Shown in pieces: positions 14,197-25,323 of a DNA stretch of 64,000 bases. The stretch lies in contig CAVNZM010000011.1 in the NCBI GenBank assembly GCA_963693365.1, positions 4,658,639 to 4,722,638 on the forward strand, read 5' to 3'. The DNA comes from Amoebidium appalachense (taxonomy: Eukaryota > Protista > Ichthyosporea). The position numbers and the translations under genes are program-made. Numbering within the stretch: position 1 is the first letter of the stretch; each line of letters begins with the position of its first letter. The notes under the pieces were generated by a model. It did no database searches. It was not told the origin of the DNA and was given only the letters and a program-made list of their open reading frames with translations.

Positions 14197-15328
14197 GCGC
14201 GCACACGCGCAGTCACAAACACACAATCATGTTGTCGGTTCCCAAGGTTACGACTCTGTCATCAACATAGACCTTCTCTTAACCCTTTTTATCATTTTTG
14301 CTATCTCCTTTAACCCGTTTTAACCCTTCGTTTTACCCGTTTCGGATCATCGAGCATTTTGGCCTGTACAACCACATCCAATTCAAGGCCTCGTGTGAAC
14401 ATAACCCTTTAACCCTTTCAAAAACTCCTCTGACTCTTTTTAACCCTTATTTTAACCCCTTTCAGATCATGGAGCATTTTGACCTGTACAACCACACCCT
14501 CTTCAACGAGACCAGCAAGACCTATGCCGAAATCAAGCCCCCCTTCATTCTTAAGGATTCCTTCCACCACGACCAGCTCCGATTGGAGCGATTGGGCGGT
14601 CAGATCGAACCGGTGCTGATCGGGTTGTTCACCCAGCCAGCAGAGAGGATGGACAATTTCATTATTGATTCCATGCGCAACAACCTGTTTGTGTATGCAT
14701 CCCCCCCCCCCCCCCCCCCCCCCCCCTCCCCCCACCCCCCTCCAACAAAAAAAAACTCTGAAAAAAATCAAATAAAAATTGAAACAAAACAAAATTTTGG
14801 CACGTGCTTTGCCTTGTGTTGGTTGTTGCAGATTTCGAATCCGTGCTCTGTAGCCTAACACATCAGAGTCTCATTTGAATCTCATATTCACGGAATAACC
14901 GTTTATTCAATCTCACCTGGAAATTCCCTGGGGTCCAACAGCAAACAGTTCAATTTCGGCAGCAACTTCACCGAAGCCCTCGACATTGTCACAATTAACA
15001 TCCAGAGAGGCCGCGACCTCTCCCTCAACGACTTCCGCACATTCAAGGCTCAGGTGGAGGGGGTCGTGATCAACAAATGGTCCGATCTCACGAAGAACAT
15101 CGATTTACGTCGACGCCTGCGTAAGCTATACAACAACAGGTTGGACAATATCGATCTGTTTGTCGGGGTTCTTTCCGAAGATCATGTCGGGGGGTTCCGG
15201 GCACGTCCATGCCCCCTACCCTGAGATCAGCTTGGATCAACCAATGGGGTCAGCTGCAGCGCGCCGATCGGCTGTGGTTCCGCACGCACCTTCCTAAAGT
15301 GGTAGGTGGCACGTGCGCGCGCGCGCGC

Positions 15329-15370
<42 letters not shown>

Positions 15371-15416
15371 GAGGAAAAAAGAGGGGACGGGTGGGTGGGC
15401 GGGTGGTGGTGGTGGT

Positions 15417-15483
<67 letters not shown>

Positions 15484-17190
15484 CGAGAGATGGAGGAAGG
15501 AGAAAGGCACCCCGGGACAATATGTGATCTTGCATGTGATGGTGTTTGGATGAGGGGAGAGGGGGCGCCCGTGGGGGGGGGGGGGGGGGGGGGGGGAGGA
15601 ATAGTGCTCAATGCGGTGGTGGTGATGGTGGGGGGGGGGGGGGGGGGGAGGAGGGAGGGGGGGGGGGGGTTCAGCATGCTTGAACAACGAACACTATATT
15701 ACGCAGAGAAAGGGAGCAGCTCATCAAACATTCATATTGAAAGCAACCAACACACAATGAAATTTCAGAACTTCAGATGCAAGGTGTCAATGCAGATATT
15801 CTTCAACTGCAGAAAACATAAATTCACACACGTTTGAAATTTCCAGATGCCGCTGCTGTGTGCCAACCCCAAGGCCGCACGCATCTGCCGGATCATGGAC
15901 GGTCTTCTGAAGGGCACCTTTGGCCTTGCTGACGTCATTCGGGCCAACACTAAGATCCCCTGGGTCCCCGACAACCCGTTTGTCCGTCCTGGCTTTGAGC
16001 GTTTCCACACCAAGTACGGAATCCCCCCCCCCCCCCCCCCCTCTCATGCTGCATGTACTTCGTGTATGCTTTGCGATTATTTCTCACTGTTGTCCGTCAT
16101 GAATGTGTGCTTTGGGTACTCTATAATGCACCAAACCCACCTGTCCTTCTTTTTCCACCAGGGAGCTCCATTGGCCCTTTCGTGTGCATAAAGCACGAAA
16201 ACAAGACGCCCTAAAGCGAGTGTTCTGCTGTGTAATTTTTGTGCTTCATACTGTGTGCCACTCCCCCCCCCCCCCCCTCACCCCCTCCCCCCTCCCCCCT
16301 CTCCCCCCCTGGGGCCTCCCCATACATTTTCATCCCCCCCTCCCCCCCCCCCCCCCCAAAAAAAAAAAAAACAAACAAACAAAAAAAAAAACACACACAC
16401 ACACACAAACACCCTCACACCCGCACGAATTTCAAAAACATACGCGGTCCGAAAACAAGCTCACAAAAAAACTTACGCCATATCCTCCACCGCTGACACG
16501 TAAATCTCCGCAGCCTGCCGATCATCAAGCAGATTGAGCGCAAGCCCGATGTTCGCATCCCCACATACGACCCCAAGGATGATGAAGAGGATACCTCCAT
16601 CGCCATCGCCTCAGCAAATGAGGAGGGTATGTTACCCCCCCCCCCCCCCCCCCCCCCCCTCCCCACAGACCACTGTGTGGAGACATCTTTACTTCCATGC
16701 AACCGGGCATGGTTGCTCTGTGTCGTGCATCTGTAAGCACATACGCGTTTGTCGCTGCACTGCATTAGTTTGCACATACATCTTCACCGTTTTGCTCACC
16801 TTGCTTGCATAAGCAACCCTGCTCGTCTTTGATCAAGACGGGTTGACCCACCCAAGTTCAGTTGATGCTGCTGTCTGAGTTGGAGCGTCGTATATACGCG
16901 GGCTAAGGGGTCGAAACTCAGACGCAATTGATGACTTGGGCCCTCCCTGAGGATGGGCTCTGCTTATGACGCATACTGTGCGCATGGCTGATGCTGCATA
17001 CTTGAATGTTTGCCTTTGCATGTGTCCTGCACCATGCTTCTCATCGTGTATGCGTACTTCGTACTGTGTTCCGCATTCAAAACCCCCCCCCCCCACCCCC
17101 CCACACACACACGGGCGGACTGGCCCAAGAAAAGAAAAAAGCCCCTCCCGGAAGTTTTGACATGCCCACACACTCACTCACTCACTCAAT

Positions 17191-17235
<45 letters not shown>

Positions 17236-18729
17236 TTCCCCTTTCCCACCCTTTATCCCAGTATCCCAGGAATCTCCCTTTTCCCCTTCCCTCCCCTCTC
17301 TCCTTACTCTCCCCCTTGCATTTTTCAATGAGGAAATCGTGAAAAAGCCCACCAAACGAAGCAAAGGAGAAATCATTCCAACCCTGCAGTAAGCATGACA
17401 ACCTCATGGTTTACATAGCACGAGCACCCAATAAGCCCTAGTTTTGGCTACCATATAAGCTGTTGCTAACCTTCTTTTACCCCCCCCCCCCCCCCCCCCC
17501 CCCCCCACCCACCCACCCACCCCTCACCCCCCAACCCCACCCACCCACACCCACCACCACCACCACCACCGCCCCCTTGGCCTCCACCCCCGCCCCGACA
17601 CACACGTACACGCACACACGTACACGCACAGTCGAGGAAGACGCCACAGATCTTCCCCCGGGTGACTCGTGCGGCACCGCCTCCTGCTCTTTCTTTGGTT
17701 TCTGCAACCGCGCCGCCACCCCCGCTACGTGCTCATGTCTCAGCGGTTTCCTCCCGGGCACGGCCGAAAACACGTGCACACAGTGCAAAAATCTCATGCG
17801 GAACGGAAACTTTGAGCTTCCGCGGCTCAACCAAGGCAACGACCAATCGAAGAACTGGGCTCTGGTCGGACCCGGCTTCGTACCTGCCTGGCAGACGACG
17901 GACTCTGCGTTTGAGATTTGGACCAACACTACCAGCCCGGATGTTGCTGTCTTCGCAGGCAACCAGATGATTGAGATTTCCGCTCTGCGTCGCCGTGCGT
18001 CTGTCTATCAGGTATACTTGCATTCTTTCCCCCCCTCCCCCCCGGGCTTGCCCCGACCCGCCCTTCCTCTCTTCCTCAGCCATCCTTTTCATTGATACTG
18101 TATTGTGGGGCATTTGTGCTCTTTTTAGCCAACAGGCCATCGCCTCCTAATGACGAAGTTCACCTGTTGAACAATTACTCTAACCAAAACTCAACGAGCA
18201 AGCTTGTTTGTTCACATTCGGCCGTCTCATATCTCTAATCCAATATTACAATCATCATCTGCTTCTGGTCGATTTACTGATGCAGATCGTCGACACCAAC
18301 CCACTCTTTCTTTTCCATGAGTCTCAATCTTTTTAAAAACAATCTAATTGATGTTTTTTTTTTTTTTTTTTGCTTAATCTTTTTAACAACACAATCTAAT
18401 TGTTTTTTTTAAAAACACTACAGGTGGTCGACACCAACCCAGGCGACAAGCTCGTCCTTCGCTTCTCCCACCGCGGCCGCGAGGGCGAAGACACGCTCCG
18501 CGTGCACGCAGGCACCAACACCGACCTTAAGGTGATCGGGGAGTTCAAAACAGGCACAACTTGGCGCCGTTACGAGATTAAATATACGGTTCCCGACAAG
18601 CAGACGGCAACACGATTTGTGTTCCAGGGAAGCGCAGCCACCACCCCGGCGTGTGGAGATAAAACCGATTGCAAAATTGCGCGCGGTAACTTCCTGGATG
18701 CGGTGACGCTCATGCCTGAGGGGTGCTAA
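10014..18729 (+). CDS. Secreted animal-type heme peroxidase (peroxidase-cyclooxygenase superfamily) with C-terminal EGF-like and DUF642/CBM-like jelly-roll domains; 11 exons, one apparent frameshift
   Basis: Exons 10014-10104, 10820-11034, 11888-12088, 12794-12984, 13672-13872, 14466-14692, 14942-15301, 15847-16013, 16514-16626, 17632-18011, 18424-18729, all GT-AG and phase-compatible. Motifs: signal-peptide-like N-terminus, NGVCNN, WGQFMDHD (distal Q/H), ITHWIDASTVYGS, GDTR, FMREHNRL, FRTGHSL (proximal His), INIQRGRD, IDLFVG, ADRLWF; then a Cys-rich EGF-like segment and NLMRNGNFE...GNFLDAV. The frame changes at the G6 run 15189-15194. Confidence 0.92.
16807..17082 (+). mobile_element. Intronic structured repeat family (k-turn SINE-like), full-length copy, tail type A
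   Basis: GCATAAGCAACCCTGCTCGTC...GGGTCGAAACTCAG...GGATGGGCTCTGCTTATG...CTTCGTACTGTGTTCCGCATTCAAAA then poly-C; homologous to copies at 30335, 30737, 32298, 54026, 59513 and 60238. Confidence 0.85.
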
Positions 18730-19582
18730 GTTTTAATGAAGGGTTGTGATTGGGCGGAGATAAGAATGGAATGGAAGGTAGGCGGATAGGTGGAATGGGT
18801 GGTAGTGTCATTAATTTTGCCATTAATTTAGTCGGGTGCTTTGATTTAAGGGAATGACGGAGGAGGGGTTCCTTTGAATTTTCTAGAGCGTTACGTATCT
18901 TGTGTAACTTTAACTTCCTTGGCAGTTTCCCTGTCTTGATGATTATGGTTCTGTCACGGTATAAGCTTAATTAAACTTATATGTAACAGTAACTGTTGTT
19001 ATCACGTAGAATTTTTTATTTTTTGGTCAACGTGGACTCCAGCCTCGACGGCTGATTGAAGCCGTCTGGTTCACAACTGCCAAATCTCTTGCTGGTTACA
19101 AAACAGATCATATACAGGCCTTTTCATCATATACAAGCCCCACAAATCACATTATCTTTTTTTGCGATACTAACAATTATTTATGTACACCTGTTACTAG
19201 TTATCTGCTGATCAATAACACAGGTGCGTGTTTAGTTCTTTCTCAGATATAGCTGCTGTATCTATCCAGCAGTGAGACATTTGGCTAAAGATAGCAATAA
19301 ATTGGTGGCCTCCCAGTGTGGCGAGTCGTTTACAAATTCCCAATATCCCCCCACCCACCCCACCCCCCCACCACCACCATCACACACACACAGAGGCACC
19401 ACAAACTCAGGGGTATACATGCTGTTCGTAAACTGTTGCAATCCCCTCCTTGCCCTTCTCCCAACACGTGTAACATGTGCCACGGTGTTCAAACGTTTAA
19501 TGATTGGCACAATGGCACAAGCACACAGCTTTTGCAAGTGTCACAGTCTCATGCTGGTTCCATGCGGTCCCGTAAATACAAG

Positions 19583-19618
<36 letters not shown>

Positions 19619-19660
19619 CACACACACATACACACACACGCACGCACACACGCACACACG

Positions 19661-19704
<44 letters not shown>

Positions 19705-19719
19705 ACCACCACCGTACCC

Positions 19720-19788
<69 letters not shown>

Positions 19789-21219
19789 ACCCCTTCCTCT
19801 CCCCCAAACAACAACAACAACCACAGTGAATCCCTCCCTCCGTCCCTTTCCCTCATATTGCAAAGGGTTTCCCCCGGCCCACAGTCACTCACTTCACACA
19901 AGCACGGGTGGCCCAATGGCAGCCCCACAAGCTTGCACACCACCACCATCAGGGCCTGCACGCGTTGACCACATCAAATTATGCTTGCGTGCCACGCGTT
20001 TTGAATGTGAGAACACACGTGCACAGCCTCACATGTTGACGTTGACACAACAGACCGTGACAGTCCCTGTGACTGAGCCCTTTGAAAAGAATAGTACGGT
20101 AGCCCTACCGGTATCACGGTGGGCCGCCGGTTGTGTGTTGTGTAAAAAAAGTACTTGCGCGCGCGTGCACATACACGTACTGTGTGATGATGGCCCAATG
20201 ATGGGCTCAGTTGGGACGTATCTGATTGGTTGAAGATAGAGAAGCCAATAGCAACAACTATCAGCATACCAAAGATAGGCATTGTTACATCCCCCAAAAC
20301 CATTGCAACCATTTTGCGTTTTCGACATGTTAGGTTATGAAGAAATGATTCATGGGGTTTGTTCCACATTATTGTTCTCATGAACAACACAATTATCTTT
20401 TGATTATATTATGAGGTTATTGTTTATATGTACATAAGCATGACTGTGACTTCTAGCCTTAAAATCCTAGTCTTTAGTTTTTCATTGACAGGGGCCCTCG
20501 CGAGTTGGTTTTAGGTTGTAGGCCCCCAACTGCCGATCTTAGAAGAGCTGGCGCTCCCAGATCTGACTGATTAATCTTCATGATCTCTATTAAGGTAAAC
20601 ATTTTAAATGGGTAAAAGACCACGAATATCAATTTAGTTGCTGTTAGTTAATCTTAAAAACGAATCATTTGATACGCTTTGTTCTTGATCTTGCCGGCTT
20701 TCCAGCCTGTGCCCACGCGCCAACTCGACTGAAAAGCCGAAGACGAGTCTGTCTGAGACGGTTAGACCTCGGAAGTAAGCACATTTTTCAAGAACTTAGT
20801 TTAAGACACAAAACAAGTGTAAACTAACGTGTGCAAAACGCATTAAAGGTCAATCAAGGGAGACATATATTGGCTTCAATTGCTTGGGTTCCTTCTGACA
20901 GAATCCCTCTTTGTCCGGATCCCAGTACGGTGCAAGAGAGAGATCTACCTTCCACCCGTGTGTTCAAGTTCCTTCAAGCTGCCCATGTTACAATACTGAG
21001 GCATCATTGAAGTCACGACATTTCTCCTCTGATATCTGTTCTCTCCAAAATTATTCACAAATACCTTGCCAAAAAGCTGTTGCAATCTTGTTTAATTGCT
21101 CTTTCACCAGGCAGGGATCCACTGTATAGATCTGTTTACAACCCATTCATCAATTTGTTGCACTTGCAGTAGCCCAGTAAATTAACTTCAAAGTTTCAGT
21201 GCATCGGAAACATTAAAAA

Positions 21220-22086
21220 ATGGCTGTTGTAGCCAAGAACCCCTTCCAACCCACCCAACCACGCGAGAATATTTTCAGAACCACTTTCGGCCTTCCAAGC
21301 AGACCGCGCAGATTTTCATCCTCCAGCTCGAGTGCTGCAAGCCCCCCCACATCTCCAAGCAGTTCTCTGAAATCATCTTCGACGACAGAATGTGCGAGAA
21401 ACGGGCCACACGGTGCACACGATCCCGAACACGAGGCGTTTTTGTTTGACCTTTACTACAATGAGATCTCATTCGGGGAGGCACCAAAACTGACTCTCTC
21501 TACACACACGGACAGGGTCGCTTGTCTGCAGCGCGCGTCTCTTCAGGAGGCGTTCGGGTTCTCTTTGGGTGCTATACAGGGTTACATCACCATCGCTAGG
21601 GTCGTACCAAATACTCACGCAAGCCGCGCAGGCCTACGTGTGGGCGACCAGCTACTTATATTAAACGAGCAACCACTCTACGGTTCTAGCCCCGGTGTGG
21701 TGATGAGTGCAATTACGCGAATGACGAAACTAGACATGGTCTTAAGACCTGATCATCGCTTTCTCAGAACGGTCGAACTCGAAAGGCCAAACGAGAAAAT
21801 TCCGTGGGGGCTCATTGTGAATGACGGTTGTGTATACAGTGCGGTAGAGGATTCTCCTGCGGATTGGGCGGGGGTCCCGGTGGGGTACCAAATTCTGGCC
21901 GTAAACGACGTTGATGTGTGGTCAATGGAGGACACGGACGTTTCGGAAATTTTGGGCGTTAAGGGGGGTCTTTTCATGAAAATTACGGCTCTTCCCGTGT
22001 TTGCGTTCGAGGAGCTGATGGTTTCTGCATGCACGGGGGTGCAGCATATGAGGGATTGGGAGAAGGTGCACACCATCAAGCATTAA
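21220..22086 (+). CDS. Syntenin-like tandem-PDZ adaptor protein, 288 aa, uninterrupted CDS
   Basis: Clean ORF with a Ser/Pro-rich N-terminus; PDZ1 (FGFSL...IARVVPNTHASRAGLRVGDQLLILNE), linker RFLRTVEL, PDZ2 (WGLIVNDG...VEDSPADWAGV..GYQILAVND) and C-terminal ITALPVFAFEEL, matching the syntenin layout. Confidence 0.85.
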   Translation: MAVVAKNPFQPTQPRENIFRTTFGLPSRPRRFSSSSSSAASPPTSPSSSLKSSSTTECARNGPHGAHDPEHEAFLFDLYYNEISFGEAPKLTLSTHTDRVACLQRASLQEAFGFSLGAIQGYITIARVVPNTHASRAGLRVGDQLLILNEQPLYGSSPGVVMSAITRMTKLDMVLRPDHRFLRTVELERPNEKIPWGLIVNDGCVYSAVEDSPADWAGVPVGYQILAVNDVDVWSMEDTDVSEILGVKGGLFMKITALPVFAFEELMVSACTGVQHMRDWEKVHTIKH

Positions 22087-22855
22087 TGTTTTAGTTTTCT
22101 ACACACGCCTGTATTTTTACTTATAATTAATTAGGCTGATGTTTCAGTTCTTTAAAATTTAATTTTCTCTGGGCCAATCGGCTTCTAGCAGTACTGGCAA
22201 CAACAATACATAATATCATGTTGAACGGGGTTGACGGAAGTGTAGCAGGGTGGTTGAATGAGGGTTTGAGCTTGCTCATCATGTGATTTGTACCTATAGG
22301 TTTTTAATTAGAAACGAAGTACTTTCCGTTTGACAGATCTGTTATAATGGCGAAGCGGCACCAAAACTCCGAAATCAGGTACGATATCTGTACTACAACA
22401 TGTTTTACGACTAATGTACTAAAACTTGTTTTCGTTAGCACTAGGACGCGTCTTCTGTGTTGTAAGGGTCCGAATGAATCATTCTTTCTGAGCCAAAACA
22501 CTATACTCATCAGCCACTATGTAAGGCCGTTTTAGAGAAGAAATTGCGAACAGGCTTTACTCCATATCTATACGAGTATCTCCCTTATTTAGTTCATCCT
22601 TATTTTTGCTGAATATCTACATGAACAGTACCAGTTGTTTAATTCGTCAGATGCATCACAAACTCCGTGACTTAGAGTTGTACATTATATTTGGTAAGAG
22701 TGTGAATAATAATGAATGCAAATAGATTTTTTCGTGACGTATGCTCACTTTTCTACACCCCGTGATATTGAACCCAGGCACATTGTTGTAGAGTAACCCA
22801 GTCAATGACCCGAATCAGATTGCGGCAAGTGCTCTGTGATCACGTGACTTGCAAA

Positions 22856-22905
<50 letters not shown>

Positions 22906-22971
22906 ACATGCACACACACACACGAAAAAAAAAAAGAAAAACCAAAAACCAAAGAAAAGAAAAAGTACCCC

Positions 22972-23002
<31 letters not shown>

Positions 23003-23031
23003 ACGCGCGACGTGCCCGGCGTCGTGTGTGT

Positions 23032-23062
<31 letters not shown>

Positions 23063-23366
23063 GGGGAGCAGCGCACCACCAGCCTTTCGTTTTGCCCCTC
23101 CGGCCACCATACAACATATACTGGCATATCGCGTCTCATGTTGGCCCAACTTTATTCATGTACAGTACCGGGAGAAATTAATGAAACCATCCTCTACATT
23201 CCTTGCAGTTCAATCGAATTGATTAGAACCCCTTCCCCCCCCCCCCCCCCCCCCCCCCCTCCCTTCCTCCCTTCCTCCCGCCCCTCCTCCCCCATCCCCC
23301 CAAAACAAAAACAACAACAACAACAACTAACACACGCACAAAAAATTCTTCCCCTTCTCCCTTTCA

Positions 23367-24128
23367 TTAACCTTTTGCCTCCGCAAAATTCGACACACGC
23401 TGGGCCGTATCCCCCACCCCGGGGGTAAATTTCGCCTCAAATTTCAACCCCTCCTTCAGCCCCGTGTTCTCACACACATTGTACAGTTGCTTGATTGCCG
23501 CGATGGTCTGAGAGCTATTTTTAGTGATTGCACGTGCCATTGTGTCGACGGTTTCTGTCAGTTTCTCTGCGGGAACGGCGGAAGACACTAGACCCCAATC
23601 TGCGGCTTGCTGGGCTGTAATTGGCTGGCAGGTGAACGACATGGTACGGGCACGTACTATGCCCACACGGCGTGGAAGGCGCTGGGAAAGACCCCATTTG
23701 GGTAGCAGGCCCCACCTGTGTGTGTGTGTTTGTGCGTGTGTGTGTGTGTGTGTGTGTTTGTGTATGTGTATGTGTGTATGTGTGTGTTAGTGTTTGTCGG
23801 CGACTAGAGAAATAGAAATGGCTGATGGAGAGGCAGTTGTTGACAATACGTGTCGGAAGAAAATCATGCCCGAGAGCCTCTATATAGGCAAAGGGCACAG
23901 TAGCATTATTGTATGTGTAGCCCATTTTTTTTTTTTTCATGTTCTGCATGAGAAAAGAACTGTTTTGGCTCTACGTCCCAAGCTTGCCCCCCTCCCCCCC
24001 CCCCCAGTTCCCCCCAGAACCCCCCAAAGAGTTTTGCTTAATATGAGGGGCTCAGGACCCCCTGAGGCAAAGGAAGGAAAGTGTGTGTGTGTCTGTATGT
24101 GTGTGTGTGTGGCGGGGGGAGGGAGGGT

Positions 24129-24162
<34 letters not shown>

Positions 24163-24187
24163 AGGGGGAGGAGACGAGGGGGAGGCG

Positions 24188-24218
<31 letters not shown>

Positions 24219-24256
24219 GTGGTGGTGGTGGTGGTGGTGGTGGTGGTGGTGGTGGT

Positions 24257-24294
<38 letters not shown>

Positions 24295-24366
24295 TAACCA
24301 AGCATATGGATGTTCGTGAGATTTAAAAGGTCGGCACCTAAAGGGGACCGGGGTAGGGACATGCCC

Positions 24367-24404
<38 letters not shown>

Positions 24405-24967
24405 GCGGGGGAGGGGGGAGGGGGAGGGGGGGGGGGGGGGGGGGGGGGGATGCGAGGGGGAGAGGGAGGGCCTGGAAGGGAGGAACGGGAGGCCGTGGGG
24501 GAGGGAAGGGACATACGGAGAGGTTTTTTCCCTTATTCTTATTCTTATTCTTTTCTTTTCTTTTCTTTTTTCTTTTTCTTTCTTATTTTTTGGGGGGGGA
24601 AGGAGGGGGGGGGGGGGGGGGGAAGAAGAAGAGAAGGAGGGGTGATGGGGCGTTGTATAAAAAAGCCATACTTTGCATGCGTGTCAGCAAACTTTGCATC
24701 GAGTGAAGCCACAGCGACATCACAGGCCAACATCAGCTCCAAAGCCCCCGTGTAGCAGTGCCCATTGACTTCCGCAATGCTCACTTTGCCACATTCCTCC
24801 AGGGTTCGAATAAAATGCCACCCCACATGTAACAGTTCCTGCTGTGTGAACTGGCCTTCTTGGACTTGCTGCTGGGCTGCTTTGAGGTCGATGCCTGCTG
24901 ACCACGCCTTGCCTGCTCCTGTCACAACGAGTACCTTTTTTTCGCCCCCCCCCCCCCCCCAAAGTTT

Positions 24968-24998
<31 letters not shown>

Positions 24999-25292
24999 GG
25001 GGGGGGGGGGAGGGGGGAGGGGATGGTCAGAAAGAGGTCGCAGTATGCCGGTTGTGTGTGTGTAAGTGTCAGTCGGTGGTGGCCGTTTTCCTCGTGTATG
25101 TGCTTGCTTGTGTGTGTGTGTGTGTGTACGTGTGCGTGTGTGTTAGGAGGATTAGGGAGGGATGCTATGGTAAGGGTTTAATCACCCTTCCGAAGTAGGC
25201 CAGTACTGATGATAAATAGCCCGTTGAATGAGTGCAGAGTTGTTATTATAATTATTTTTCAAAACTTTCCTTTGGGGGATCGTGGATGTTTT

Positions 25293-25323
<31 letters not shown>

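Noticed and set aside
14279-14460. Interstitial telomere
   Set aside because: The TAACCC motifs are dispersed with variable spacers, not a tandem array.
16872-16920. tRNA-derived SINE head (TGTCTGAGTTGG A-box-like, GGGTCGAAACTC B-box-like)
   Set aside because: No cloverleaf, the two motifs pair with each other and they lie ~65 nt inside the element; Pol III use is not excluded but is unsupported.
16860-16940. Hammerhead ribozyme in the repeat head (CGAAAC plus GUU)
   Set aside because: No CUGANGA core in the required position in any copy or on either strand.
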